From the IMG/VR virus record IMGVR_UViG_3300034093_003283: 64,000 bases of DNA. One strand, written 5' to 3'. The notes under the pieces were generated by a model. The model was not told the DNA's origin and searched no databases. It saw only the letters and a program-made list of their open reading frames with translations. Source of the stretch: a virus. The position numbers and the translations under genes were made by a program. Of this stretch, positions 9,937 to 20,651 are shown in pieces; position 1 is the stretch's first letter, and the number at the start of each line of letters is the position of its first letter.

Positions 9937-11398
9937 ACGGAATGAAGTATACGCCAAAGTGACCTGTGAGAAGCACGTTGCAAAGGAATTATCTGAGTAC
10001 TTCACGTTCTTTGTGCCTGGTTACCAGTTCGTTCCAGCCTATCGGAATCGCATATGGGACGGTAAGATCCGTCTATTCAATCTACAGAGCAGTCAATTAT
10101 ATCTTGGTTTGATTCCATATCTTAAAGAGTTTTGTGAAGAACGTGAGTATGCATATTCACATGACATTATTGAAGATGAATATTCAGTCTATCATGCACA
10201 AAAATTCTTTGACATATTGAATCTACATTCACAAGGTAAACAAATTGGTGTAAGAGAACACCAACAAAATGCATTTATTGAGGCCATGCAAAAACGGAGA
10301 GTCTTACTGTTATCTCCCACTGCATCAGGCAAATCACTTATCATATATTTGTTGTTCAGACAGTTGTTGCAGTATCAACAGTTAAAAGGTTTAATCATTG
10401 TTCCAACAACAACATTGGTTGAACAGTTGTATTCAGACTTTGCAGACTATTCATCCGTTAACGGATTCAATGTGGAAGAAAATGTACACAGAATCTATCA
10501 AGGTAAAGATAAACTAACGGACAAGAATTTAACAATCTCCACATGGCAGTCACTCTACAAGTTACCACCAGAATACTTCCATCAATTCCAATATGTCATT
10601 GGTGATGAGGCACACCTATTCAAGGCACAATCATTAACATCAATACTAACATCTTGTGTTAATTCAAAGTATAGAATTGGATTGACTGGTACATTAGATG
10701 GCACAAAAACACACAAATTGGTATTAGAAGGTTTGTTTGGACCAACGAAAAAGGTCATATCAACTAAAGAGTTGATTGACAAGAATCAATTATCAGCATT
10801 CAACATAAAGTGTCTGATACTGAAACATTCGGATGAAGTATGCAAAGAAATGAAAGATGCAACATATCCAGATGAGTTGAAGTATTTGATTGAGTCTGAA
10901 AATAGAAATCGTTTCATTCGTAATTTGGCAATCAGTCTGGAGAAAAATACATTGGTTCTTTTTCAGATGAAGAAACATGGTCGTGCATTATACGAAATGA
11001 TTAAACAGAAGGCAAATGGTCGTAGTGTTTATTTTATTGATGGTGATGTAGACACTGTTGTCAGAGAAGAAGTTAGAAAGATTATGGAAATAGAAAACGA
11101 TGCAATCACTGTGGCCAGTTTTGGTACCTTTTCTACTGGTACAAACATTAGAAATTTACATAACATCATATTTGCAAGCCCAAGTAAATCAAGAATTAGA
11201 AACCTACAATCTATAGGTCGTGGTTTAAGGCAAAATGAAGGTAAGGAAATGGCCACATTATATGATGTTGCTGATGATCTTAGAATTAAAAAACACACAA
11301 ACTTCACATTACAACACTTCATCGAAAGAGTGAAGATATATAATGAGGAGAAGTTTCCTTTTAAAATTTACAATATAGGACTTAAAAATGGCCATTAA
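9902..11398 (+). CDS. uvsW: SF2 helicase UvsW
   Basis: SPTASGKS, DEAH, QSIGRGLR; start uncertain. Confidence 0.95.
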   Translation: MKKLNTDILITKRNEVYAKVTCEKHVAKELSEYFTFFVPGYQFVPAYRNRIWDGKIRLFNLQSSQLYLGLIPYLKEFCEEREYAYSHDIIEDEYSVYHAQKFFDILNLHSQGKQIGVREHQQNAFIEAMQKRRVLLLSPTASGKSLIIYLLFRQLLQYQQLKGLIIVPTTTLVEQLYSDFADYSSVNGFNVEENVHRIYQGKDKLTDKNLTISTWQSLYKLPPEYFHQFQYVIGDEAHLFKAQSLTSILTSCVNSKYRIGLTGTLDGTKTHKLVLEGLFGPTKKVISTKELIDKNQLSAFNIKCLILKHSDEVCKEMKDATYPDELKYLIESENRNRFIRNLAISLEKNTLVLFQMKKHGRALYEMIKQKANGRSVYFIDGDVDTVVREEVRKIMEIENDAITVASFGTFSTGTNIRNLHNIIFASPSKSRIRNLQSIGRGLRQNEGKEMATLYDVADDLRIKKHTNFTLQHFIERVKIYNEEKFPFKIYNIGLKNGH

Positions 11399-11741
11399 AA
11401 TAGTAAGATTTAAAGACGGTCTAGATGTAATCTGTGACTGTGTGTATACCTCAGATGACATGGTGGAAATTACTGATCCAATGTTGTTTGAATTAAGAGG
11501 TACCAATTTAATGTTACAGTGTTGGTTGCCTATGGCAGTAATCAAAGAGAACAAGGTACAGATTGATGTGGAAACCATTTTGTGTTTGATGGATCCAACC
11601 GAAGACTTTGAAGAATATTACCTTAATGCATCAACAAAATTAAACGAATCAACTAAAAAAGAAAGAGAAGTGGTACTTACAGATGAGGTACTCTCCGCTT
11701 TTGAGGAAAAGGAATCTAGTAAGAATTCCTTAATACATTAA
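11388..11741 (+). CDS. Hypothetical protein
   Basis: 117 aa ORF between uvsW and gp55. Confidence 0.6.
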   Translation: MAIKIVRFKDGLDVICDCVYTSDDMVEITDPMLFELRGTNLMLQCWLPMAVIKENKVQIDVETILCLMDPTEDFEEYYLNASTKLNESTKKEREVVLTDEVLSAFEEKESSKNSLIH

Positions 11742-11842
11742 TAAGCTAATAAAAAAATTAATATATTAATATCATCCGGGGTACACCGTGGACTTTAACA
11801 CATGTCAAGCCCTTTGTCAACAACTTTTTATGGTACATTTGA

Positions 11843-12388
11843 ATGAGTAAACAGAAACATTATATAAACAATCAAGACTTCCTAAAGGCACTTGTCGATT
11901 ACAAAGCCCGTTGCGTAGAAGCCGAACAATGTGGTAAACCTAAACCAATCATTCCAAATTACATTGGTGAGTGTTGGATGAAAATTGCCGAAGGCCTATC
12001 ACACAAACCAAACTTCATTAACTACACATACCGAGATGAAATGGTTTCCGATGGTATTGAAAATTGTTTGATGTACTTTGAAAACTTTGATCCAACAAAG
12101 TCTTCCAATCCATTTGCATACTTTACTCAAATCATTTACTTTGCCTTCCTAAGACGCATACAGAAGGAAAAGAAACAGCTGTATGTCAAGTATAAAGCCA
12201 CAGAGATGTATGGTATTTTGGATGAGTTTGAAATGTTAGAAGGTGAAGATGGTTCAAGTAGACAATTTGAACTGTATGACAACATAGCTGAATTTATTGG
12301 TAACTATGAGGACTCTAAGAAGGCAAAGAAAGCCGAAAAAGATGCGGCAAAGAAACCAAAAGGGCTTGAAAAATTTATTGAGGAGTGA
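11843..12388 (+). CDS. gp55: Late transcription sigma factor
   Basis: HYINNQDF, NPFAYFTQIIYFAFLRRIQKEKKQ. Confidence 0.95.
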   Translation: MSKQKHYINNQDFLKALVDYKARCVEAEQCGKPKPIIPNYIGECWMKIAEGLSHKPNFINYTYRDEMVSDGIENCLMYFENFDPTKSSNPFAYFTQIIYFAFLRRIQKEKKQLYVKYKATEMYGILDEFEMLEGEDGSSRQFELYDNIAEFIGNYEDSKKAKKAEKDAAKKPKGLEKFIEE

Positions 12389-12392
12389 TATA

Positions 12393-12854
12393 ATGAAAAC
12401 TTATGGTGAACTTTTACCTGGTTTAAAAGTGATTGTGCATAAAAAACACACTGATGACCGTGGTGATTTCTGTGAACTTTGGAAAATAAATGATGATGGT
12501 ATGAGAGGTAACTTTCGGCAAGTCAATATAGCAACATCAGTTTTTAATGTGTTGCGTGGTATGCATAGGCAAAATCAAACTAAACTTGTTATGCCTTTGA
12601 GTGGCAGAATATTTGATGTTGCATTGGAACCAGAAACTGGTAAATGGTTTGGTATTGAGTTGGATGAAAGTAATGCACTATTCATACCAGCACAATACGC
12701 CCACGGTTATTTGGTTTTATCTGAGAACTCAATAGTACAATATTTCGTTGACGCACCATATAACAAACCAGAAGAAGAAAATTTCAAATGGAATGATTAT
12801 AACATAGAGTGGCCAATCACAGTGCCACCAATATTATCTGCAAAGGATTTATAA
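12393..12854 (+). CDS. rmlC: dTDP-4-dehydrorhamnose 3,5-epimerase
   Basis: DDRGDFCE, VLRGMH, AHGY, ILSAKD; start moved to ATG after AGGAG. Confidence 0.88.
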   Translation: MKTYGELLPGLKVIVHKKHTDDRGDFCELWKINDDGMRGNFRQVNIATSVFNVLRGMHRQNQTKLVMPLSGRIFDVALEPETGKWFGIELDESNALFIPAQYAHGYLVLSENSIVQYFVDAPYNKPEEENFKWNDYNIEWPITVPPILSAKDL

Positions 12855-13318
12855 TGAAAAAAATTGGATTTAATTGTAGTACTTTGGATTTGTTTCATGC
12901 TGGCCATGTCACGATGTTGAAAATTGAAAAACAATATTGTGACTATTTGATTGTGGCAGTACAATCCGACCCAACTATTGATAGACCAGATACCAAAAAC
13001 AAACCAGTACAGTCTTTGTATGAAAGGTTTGTTCAAGTGTCATCCTGTAAATATGTTGATGAGGTGTTGGTATATGAAACCGAAGAAGATTTGGAAAATA
13101 TTTTTAAGACACAAATAATTCATATACGTTTCTTGGGTGATGAGTATAAATCAAAACCATTTACAGGAAAACAATATTGTCTTGATACTGGTATAGAATT
13201 GTTTTTCCATGATAGACAACATCCATATAGTAGTTCTAAATTGAGACAAAGAGTATATGATGCTGAGGTTGAACGAATGAAAAAATTAAATGTGGAATAT
13301 AATGAATGTCAAAAGTAG
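12854..13318 (+). CDS. tagD: Glycerol-3-phosphate cytidylyltransferase-like
   Basis: DLFHAGH, YSSSKLR; TAATG coupling. Confidence 0.8.
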   Translation: MKKIGFNCSTLDLFHAGHVTMLKIEKQYCDYLIVAVQSDPTIDRPDTKNKPVQSLYERFVQVSSCKYVDEVLVYETEEDLENIFKTQIIHIRFLGDEYKSKPFTGKQYCLDTGIELFFHDRQHPYSSSKLRQRVYDAEVERMKKLNVEYNECQK

Positions 13319-14376
13319 CAATAATAACTGACCAACACTTTGGTGCAAGAAATGATTCCACACTTTTCTTAGATTTCTATGAGAAGTTTTATAAAGAAAC
13401 ATTCTTTCCGACACTGATAAAGGAAAAGATCGAAACACTATTGATTCTTGGTGATACCTTTGATCGTAGAAAGTACATCAATTTCTTTTCGTTGAAACGC
13501 ACCAAAGAAATGTTCTTTGATCCACTATCTGAAATGGGTATACAGGTGCATATGTTGGCCGGTAACCACGATACTTACTTTAAGAATACCAATGATGTTA
13601 ATTCATCCGACTTACTTCTTGGTGAGTATGGTATCACATTAAATGTTATTGACCATCCAGCCGAAATATATGTTGGACCACATAAGATTTGTATGATGCC
13701 TTGGATTTGTGCAGAAAATTATGAAGATTCTTTACAGACATTAAAGGGCACCGATGCAAAGTTTTGTATGGGCCATTTTGAAATTGCGGGCTTTGCCATG
13801 TATCGTGGCATGCCATCTGAAGGAGGGTTAGATCGTGGAATTTTTAGGAAGTTTAGTCACACTTTTAGTGGTCATTACCATCACAAATCTTCTAGTGATG
13901 ATATCTACTATTTGGGAAATCCGTACGAACTTACTTGGCAAGATTATAATGACCCTCGGGGTTTTCATTTGTTTGATTTGGATACTCACCAACTTGAATT
14001 CATAGAGAATCCAAACAAGATGTTTCATCGTATTATGTACGATGACAAAGTGAATACCATTAAAGAACTTGATGGTATGGATTTCAAACCATATACAAAC
14101 ACCTATGTGAAAGTGGTTGTAATAAACAAAACCAATCCGTATTTGTTTGACAAGTTCATGAATAACCTGTATAATGTGAACCCAGCAGACATTACAATTG
14201 CTGAAGATTTTACAGACTTGGAAGATGGTGATGAAGTGGTTGATGAAGCGGAAGACACACTCACCATATTAAACAAGTATGTTGATGGCATTACAGAAGA
14301 AAGTATTGACAACGACCGGTTAAAAACATTATTGAAAGAACTCTACGTAGAGGCACTGAATACTGAACAAGCATGA
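13306..14376 (+). CDS. gp47: Recombination nuclease subunit (Mre11-like)
   Basis: TDQHFG, GDTFD, GNHD, SGHYH. Confidence 0.95.
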   Translation: MSKVAIITDQHFGARNDSTLFLDFYEKFYKETFFPTLIKEKIETLLILGDTFDRRKYINFFSLKRTKEMFFDPLSEMGIQVHMLAGNHDTYFKNTNDVNSSDLLLGEYGITLNVIDHPAEIYVGPHKICMMPWICAENYEDSLQTLKGTDAKFCMGHFEIAGFAMYRGMPSEGGLDRGIFRKFSHTFSGHYHHKSSSDDIYYLGNPYELTWQDYNDPRGFHLFDLDTHQLEFIENPNKMFHRIMYDDKVNTIKELDGMDFKPYTNTYVKVVVINKTNPYLFDKFMNNLYNVNPADITIAEDFTDLEDGDEVVDEAEDTLTILNKYVDGITEESIDNDRLKTLLKELYVEALNTEQA

Positions 14377-16091
14377 TTTTATTTCAAAAGATTAAGTGGA
14401 AGAATTTACTTTCTACTGGAGCTCATTTTACTGAGATTGATTTTACCAAGTCTAATAATACATTGATTATTGGCCACAATGGTGCAGGTAAATCCACAAT
14501 TTTGGATGCACTGTGTTTTGGATTGTTTGGTAAACCTTTTCGTAAAATCAACAAACCACAATTACTAAATTCCGTTAATAATAAAGAAGCTGTTATTGAA
14601 GTACATTTCAATATTGGCCAAAAGAAATACAAGGTCATTCGTGGTATTAAACCAAACGTATTTGAAATTTATCTGAATGATGTATTGCTGAACCAAGATG
14701 CAGCTGCAAAAGACTATCAAGAGATACTAGAGAATAATATTCTCAAATTAAATTACAAGTCTTTTACGCAGGTTGTCATTCTTGGTTCAGCATCCTTTGT
14801 TCCATTCATGCAATTATCAGCATCAGACCGCAGAGCAATCATTGAAGACCTATTAGATATTCAAATCTTTTCTTCAATGAACAATGTTATCAAAGAGAAG
14901 AATTCGGCCATCAAAGATGATTTAAGTAAATCTAAGTATGCCATTTCTCTTACGGAAGAAAAGATAACATTACAAAAACAAAACATTGAAGAACACAAAA
15001 AGAACCATGATGCAGATATCAACCGCAAACGGGAAGAAATTGGAAAATCAAAGATGCAAATGGGCAAATTGCAAAATGATATTCAATTGATTAACAAACA
15101 TATTGCAGTACTACAGAATAAGGTTGGTGATAAGAAAGAGAAACTGGATAAAAAATCCAAAGGCTTATTTCAAATTAAAGGTAAAGTACAAACTAATATT
15201 GACCGAAATCAAAAAGAGATTGACTTTTATGAAACCAACCACGATTGTCCAACATGTAAACAATCCATTACACCTGAGTGGAAAGATTCTCAGGTACAAG
15301 AAAAATCACAAAAAATTACCACACAAAAAACTGGCTTGGTTGAGATTGAGCAGGAGTTAAACAAAGTAACTACTGAAATGAAATCTATTACGGATATCAT
15401 TACACACATTAGTGAACACAGTGGTGAAATTATTAAACACACTTCTACTATATCGGCAATAAGCAATTACATCACTAAATTAAACAATGAGATAGATGAG
15501 TTGACCAACAAACAGACTGGCACGGAAGGCGGTGACCAGAAGTTAATTGAGTTGAATGCCGCATTGAATGAGTATAAGACAAACTATGAAAGTGTTTTGA
15601 TAGAAAAACATTATCATGAATTTGCAGGTAGTTTATTGAAAGATGGTGGCATTAAGACACGGATCATTAAACAATACTTACCAATCATGAATAAGTTGAT
15701 TAACAAGTACTTGTCTGCAATGGACTTCTTTGTTAACTTCAACATCAATGAAAACTTTGAAGAAACAATTAAGAGTAGGCACCGTGATGAATTCTCTTAT
15801 GCCAATTTCTCCGAAGGTGAGAAAATGCGTATTGACTTGGCCCTATTGTTTACTTGGCGACAGATTGCCAAACTAAAAAATAGTACCAATACTAATTTGT
15901 TGATACTTGATGAGGTATTTGATTCTAGCCTTGATACAGTAGGCACAGAAGAATTTCTAAAGTTGATACATGAAATGGGAACAGACACCAACGTGTTTGT
16001 TATCTCTCACAAAGGTGACCAGTTATTTGACAAGTTCCGTTCGGTTATTAAGTTTGAGAAAAAAGGAAACTTTTCAAGGATTGCAAAATGA
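14373..16091 (+). CDS. gp46: Recombination ATPase subunit (Rad50-like)
   Basis: GHNGAGKS, CPTC hook, FSEGEK, LDEVFD. Confidence 0.96.
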   Translation: MILFQKIKWKNLLSTGAHFTEIDFTKSNNTLIIGHNGAGKSTILDALCFGLFGKPFRKINKPQLLNSVNNKEAVIEVHFNIGQKKYKVIRGIKPNVFEIYLNDVLLNQDAAAKDYQEILENNILKLNYKSFTQVVILGSASFVPFMQLSASDRRAIIEDLLDIQIFSSMNNVIKEKNSAIKDDLSKSKYAISLTEEKITLQKQNIEEHKKNHDADINRKREEIGKSKMQMGKLQNDIQLINKHIAVLQNKVGDKKEKLDKKSKGLFQIKGKVQTNIDRNQKEIDFYETNHDCPTCKQSITPEWKDSQVQEKSQKITTQKTGLVEIEQELNKVTTEMKSITDIITHISEHSGEIIKHTSTISAISNYITKLNNEIDELTNKQTGTEGGDQKLIELNAALNEYKTNYESVLIEKHYHEFAGSLLKDGGIKTRIIKQYLPIMNKLINKYLSAMDFFVNFNINENFEETIKSRHRDEFSYANFSEGEKMRIDLALLFTWRQIAKLKNSTNTNLLILDEVFDSSLDTVGTEEFLKLIHEMGTDTNVFVISHKGDQLFDKFRSVIKFEKKGNFSRIAK

Positions 16092-16864
16092 ATTTCAATG
16101 AATATCTGTCCCATCAAAGAAATGTGGTGGACAAAGAGGTACAAGGCTGGTTTTATCCAATTGATATTGTTCTTATGTATGGCATATTACAAGGTATGCA
16201 ATTCAATTTGGATGGTGATATTTGTGAGATTGGTGTTGCAAATGGCCGAAGTGCCATTAATATTTGTAATTTTAAAAACACCAAAGATAATTTCTATCTA
16301 TATGATATCTTTTCCGAAGAACAAAGAGTTATAGCAGATAACAATATTAAAAAGTTTAGTAAAGGTGAAAACCTAATTTGGAAATTAAATGACACAATGG
16401 AATTATTCCCAGATGATTTGATATTCAAAGATCAATTAAAGTTTTTACATATTGATGGATGCCATGAACATCCTGTGGTACTAAATGATTTAATTTTATT
16501 TGCAGACAAAATGAAAGATTACGGAGTTATTGCTGTAGATGATTTCAATGACTGGGAGTATCCTGGTGTGAACAGTGCTGTGTGTGAATTTATAATGTCG
16601 AAATACAATTATAAAAATTGGAGAATATTTACTATTGGTAATAATAAAGCCTTTCTATGTCAAAGGAAATTTCACCAACAGTATCAAGAAAAATTGTTAT
16701 CTTTCATAAAGAAAGCAATGGCAGAGATGAACATGTTGTCGTTCAGTGGTTTAACTATTAGGCCAGTATACGATGAAAATGTTTTGTTGTGTGATTCCCG
16801 ATCCAAAGTGGTTGATGTGGATGAACTGTACAAAAAATTGTTTGATAAACCAACCATAGGATAA
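16088..16864 (+). CDS. Class I SAM methyltransferase (Methyltransf_24-like)
   Basis: EIGVANGRS, HIDGCH, VDDF. Confidence 0.8.
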   Translation: MNFNEYLSHQRNVVDKEVQGWFYPIDIVLMYGILQGMQFNLDGDICEIGVANGRSAINICNFKNTKDNFYLYDIFSEEQRVIADNNIKKFSKGENLIWKLNDTMELFPDDLIFKDQLKFLHIDGCHEHPVVLNDLILFADKMKDYGVIAVDDFNDWEYPGVNSAVCEFIMSKYNYKNWRIFTIGNNKAFLCQRKFHQQYQEKLLSFIKKAMAEMNMLSFSGLTIRPVYDENVLLCDSRSKVVDVDELYKKLFDKPTIG

Positions 16865-16867
16865 ATT

Positions 16868-17473
16868 ATGAACACAGAAGATATTATTTTATATGACACA
16901 GAAGAAACGATTAAGGTTGCACCAGCAACTGAAAAGGTTGAAACATTTGATTTAGTGGCACCAGACCATCCAGCTCTATACAAAGTTTTACCTGAATTTA
17001 ATTTTGAAAATGTACCAATCAATCCAAATAGTTTTGCATCCACTTTGGTTGAAACTTGTAAGAAGTATAATGGTATTGGTCTTTCTGCTAATCAGTGTGG
17101 TTTTGAATACCGTGTATTTGTTATGGGTTCAGGTGAAGAATATGTGGCATATTTCAATCCAAGAATTATTTCATCAAAAGGTGAAACACACATGGAAGAA
17201 GGTTGCCTTTCTTTTCCCTTTCTAAATTTGAGAATCACCAGGCCTGCCGAAGTGGAAGTAGAATATCAAGACTTTACCGGTATTACTCGTACCAAAACAT
17301 TTACTGGTATAACTGCTCGTTGTTTTCTCCATGAGCTTGACCACATGAACGGAATAGTGTATACTAGTAGAGTGAAACCACTGGCGTTACAATTTGGTTT
17401 GAAGAAACTGGATAAGATTAGACGCAAGTATTTTAATCCTAAAAATATGAAACAACTGCAAGCAAGAACTTAA
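16868..17473 (+). CDS. def: Peptide deformylase
   Basis: GIGLSANQ, EGCLS, HELDH. Confidence 0.95.
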   Translation: MNTEDIILYDTEETIKVAPATEKVETFDLVAPDHPALYKVLPEFNFENVPINPNSFASTLVETCKKYNGIGLSANQCGFEYRVFVMGSGEEYVAYFNPRIISSKGETHMEEGCLSFPFLNLRITRPAEVEVEYQDFTGITRTKTFTGITARCFLHELDHMNGIVYTSRVKPLALQFGLKKLDKIRRKYFNPKNMKQLQART

Positions 17474-18738
17474 TGGCAACACCTATAGATTATGTTGATG
17501 CTCAATGGGATGTGTGGTCGAGAACCAATGATGCATCCAGATTTGAACATATTGACACAGAGTTATTAAAAGAAACTCTCATTCAAAATTTGACATATGC
17601 ATCCAAAATGGATGTGCGTGAGTATACCTTATATCAGAAATGGTGTGAGGTACAGGAGAAGTATCCAACACGTACAATTACCACACTGTTTGGTGATGAT
17701 AAACAGTTGATTGATATAACACAAAAGAATTTGGTTGAGAAGGTTAAAAAGAATTTCTGGATGCCAGAAAGTCCAGATGATTATGAAAAGTTAAGACCTA
17801 TTCTACAAATATCAAATGGTACTGGTGCAGAAACCTGGAACACTATTCGTACATTCTCATCTACAATGAAAAACAATAGTAACATTGGCCGCAATCTGTT
17901 TTACACAGTAATTGATGGTCAATCAGGAAAATACCTTGGTGTTATTTGTATATCGTCCGACTTCTTGGATTTAACTCCAAGAGATTCTGCAATTGGTTGG
18001 CCAAGAGATGTTAAGACGCAACAAGGAATGATTAATCACACGGCCATAGGTTCAACAATTGTACCACTACAGCCGTTAGGATTTAATTATATGGGTGGCA
18101 AATTGTTGGCATTATTATGTCTATCTGATACAGTACAAAATGATTGGAAGGTTCGTTATGGAGATACACTGGTTGGCGTCACTACAACCTCTTTATATGG
18201 TAATACCAAGTCTAATGGTCTATCTCAATATGATGGCCTGGAACATTGGAACAAAATGGGATTCTCTAGTGGCTCGGTTGCTTTCGAACCCACTAGGAAG
18301 ACTATGAAGATGATCTTTGATTGGATCAAAGAAAATCACACTCGTAAATATTTCGAATGGTGGGAAGCCAAGAATCAAAATGGTTTGCCACTTAAACGTG
18401 ACCATAAGAATCGGTCACTAAACTTTGCATATTCTAAATTAGGAATACCAAAAGAATTGATTCGCACTGAGCATCAGAGAGGTATCTATTTTTCACCTCT
18501 CTACAATAACACCAATGAATTTCTCAGGAAAGAAATTGGTGATAAAGAACTGGTCAAATCATTTGATACCAGTACTGAAACTTTGGCAAACATTTGGAAA
18601 ACCAAATATGCCAAAGGACGTATATCAATGTTGAAGAAAAAGAACAATGTATCTTATGAATCATTGTTCTATGATGACTTGATATACCTGTCTTGGGAAG
18701 AAACCAAGGCAAAATATCTACCACAAGTTGGTAGATAA
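17473..18738 (+). CDS. DUF4338/DruA-like protein, paralog 1
   Basis: GFNYMGGKLLA, TTTSLYG, SQYDG. Confidence 0.65.
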   Translation: MATPIDYVDAQWDVWSRTNDASRFEHIDTELLKETLIQNLTYASKMDVREYTLYQKWCEVQEKYPTRTITTLFGDDKQLIDITQKNLVEKVKKNFWMPESPDDYEKLRPILQISNGTGAETWNTIRTFSSTMKNNSNIGRNLFYTVIDGQSGKYLGVICISSDFLDLTPRDSAIGWPRDVKTQQGMINHTAIGSTIVPLQPLGFNYMGGKLLALLCLSDTVQNDWKVRYGDTLVGVTTTSLYGNTKSNGLSQYDGLEHWNKMGFSSGSVAFEPTRKTMKMIFDWIKENHTRKYFEWWEAKNQNGLPLKRDHKNRSLNFAYSKLGIPKELIRTEHQRGIYFSPLYNNTNEFLRKEIGDKELVKSFDTSTETLANIWKTKYAKGRISMLKKKNNVSYESLFYDDLIYLSWEETKAKYLPQVGR

Positions 18739-18759
18739 ACAAGTATACCGCAAATATAC

Positions 18760-18788
18760 TTGACACACACACTAAGTAATAGTATAAT
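18760..18788 (+). promoter_or_regulatory. Consensus sigma70 promoter
   Basis: TTGACA-17-TATAAT. Confidence 0.85.
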
Positions 18789-18844
18789 GTGAATTCTTGC
18801 ACAACGCAAGTACTTTGTTTAACTTTGTCATTAGGAGATTTATC

Positions 18845-19114
18845 TTGACTAAACTATCCGCAAAAACCCGCATCCTTAATTTCTTGAACAAGAAAGAGGG
18901 ATACAACACACTTTCGACCGCACAGGCTCGTGCTCGTTTCGGCATCCAAAACGTTGCCGCACGTATTGACGAACTCCGTCAAGAAGGTCATGTAATTTAC
19001 ACCAACACCAAATCCCGTGGTGATGGTAGCAAAGTTGCCGTGTATCGTATGGGCACACCAACCAAATCTATGGTTCGTGCTGCTATCAAAGCTGGTTACA
19101 GCTTCACTGCCTAA
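18845..19114 (+). CDS. Small winged-HTH DNA-binding protein
   Basis: TTG start after AGGAG; AQARARFGIQNVAARIDELRQEG. Confidence 0.7.
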   Translation: MTKLSAKTRILNFLNKKEGYNTLSTAQARARFGIQNVAARIDELRQEGHVIYTNTKSRGDGSKVAVYRMGTPTKSMVRAAIKAGYSFTA

Positions 19115-19127
19115 TTAGGTGAATTGT

Positions 19128-19164
19128 GGGGAGACCACTTCTAGTGGTACTCCCCTTTTTTTTT
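19128..19164 (+). terminator. Rho-independent terminator
   Basis: GGGGAGACCAC...GTGGTACTCCCC plus T run. Confidence 0.85.
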
Positions 19165-19179
19165 ATTTTTGGAGAGTAA

Positions 19180-19998
19180 ATGGAAATTTCAATTAAAAAA
19201 GAGGAACTTCAAAAGAAAAGTATTTTTGTTGCGACACCAATGTATGGCGGCATGAATCATGGACTGTATGCGAAAGCTTGTCTTGATTTACAAGCCGTTT
19301 GTATGCAATATGGTGTGAGTGTGAAATTTTCATATCTTTTCAATGAGTCCCTAATCACTAGAGCAAGAAATTATCTCGTAGATGAATTTCTAAATCGTTC
19401 AGATTGTACACACATGTTGTTCATTGACGCTGACATTCATTTTGATCCTAAAGATGTTATTGCACTTCTGGCTTTGGATAAAGATGTTATTGGTGGACCT
19501 TATCCTAAGAAAGCCATTAAATGGTCTTCTGTTAAGAAAGCTATGACTAAAAATCCAGATATGGATGCTGGAAACTTGGACAAAGTTACAGGTGATTATG
19601 TATTTAATCCTGTACGTGGTACTGATAAGTTCTCTGTTTCTGAACCACTTGAGGTTATGGAAATTGGAACTGGTTTTATGATGGTTAAACGTGAAGTGTT
19701 TCCTAAATTTGCGGAATCATTCCCACAGTTGCGTTACAAACCAGATCATGTTGGCCAAGCTCACTTTGATGGTTCACGATACATTCATGCTTACTTTGAT
19801 ACAATGATCGACACCGTAGATTCTGCAACAGGTGGTGGTTCTGACCGTTACCTATCAGAAGATTATATGTTCTGTCAGCTATGGCGCAAGACAGGCGGTT
19901 CGATTTGGTTGTGCCCTTGGATGCGTTTGGATCACATTGGAACATATCACTTCAAGGGAGATATGCCTGCCGTAGCAAACTTTGTTGGAGAAATGTGA
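19180..19998 (+). CDS. GT-A fold glycosyltransferase-like protein
   Basis: ESLITRARN, FIDADI (DxD), GTGFM, SEDYMFC. Confidence 0.75.
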   Translation: MEISIKKEELQKKSIFVATPMYGGMNHGLYAKACLDLQAVCMQYGVSVKFSYLFNESLITRARNYLVDEFLNRSDCTHMLFIDADIHFDPKDVIALLALDKDVIGGPYPKKAIKWSSVKKAMTKNPDMDAGNLDKVTGDYVFNPVRGTDKFSVSEPLEVMEIGTGFMMVKREVFPKFAESFPQLRYKPDHVGQAHFDGSRYIHAYFDTMIDTVDSATGGGSDRYLSEDYMFCQLWRKTGGSIWLCPWMRLDHIGTYHFKGDMPAVANFVGEM

Positions 19999-20651
19999 TG
20001 ATTGTCGGCCTCGTAGGTTTCATTGGTTGCGGTAAAGGTACCGCTGGTGATATTTTAAAAGATGTTGGTTTTAAACAACTTAGTTTTGCCGGTGGTGTCA
20101 AAGATATTGCGGCAGTTATGTTTGATTGGCCAAGAGAGTACCTAGAGGGCGACACAAGCACATCCAGAGAGTGGCGGGAACAACCAGATAAATTCTGGTC
20201 TAAAAAATTTGGCAAGGATTTTACACCACGATTAGCCCTACAGTTACTTGGTACTGAGGTTGGTCGTGGTATTTTCCATGAAAATTTTTGGGTCGATAGG
20301 TTAGAAAGACTTATTGATAGAGAGAAAAATTATGTCATTACCGATGTACGATTTCAAAATGAAATTGATTTTGTGCATAAGAACGGTGGTGTTGTGGTTG
20401 AAGTCCAGCGTGGTATTACACCACACTGGTATGAAATTGCATCACAAGCAAATAGGGGTTCACATAAAGCCGAAAGTTTTATGTATGAAAATGGTCCACA
20501 TGAATCTGAATGGAGATGGATAGGTGGTCATATTGACCACACCATTGACAATGATGGTACTGTGGAAGACTTGAAAAATAATTTAATAAAGTGCTTGACT
20601 CGTTCTTACGGATCGAATACAATAAGTGAATTGACTGAAGGAGTATCGTAA
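19998..20651 (+). CDS. gp1: Deoxynucleoside monophosphate kinase
   Basis: GFIGCGKGT P-loop, PRLALQLLGTE, ITDVRFQNE. Confidence 0.88.
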   Translation: MIVGLVGFIGCGKGTAGDILKDVGFKQLSFAGGVKDIAAVMFDWPREYLEGDTSTSREWREQPDKFWSKKFGKDFTPRLALQLLGTEVGRGIFHENFWVDRLERLIDREKNYVITDVRFQNEIDFVHKNGGVVVEVQRGITPHWYEIASQANRGSHKAESFMYENGPHESEWRWIGGHIDHTIDNDGTVEDLKNNLIKCLTRSYGSNTISELTEGVS

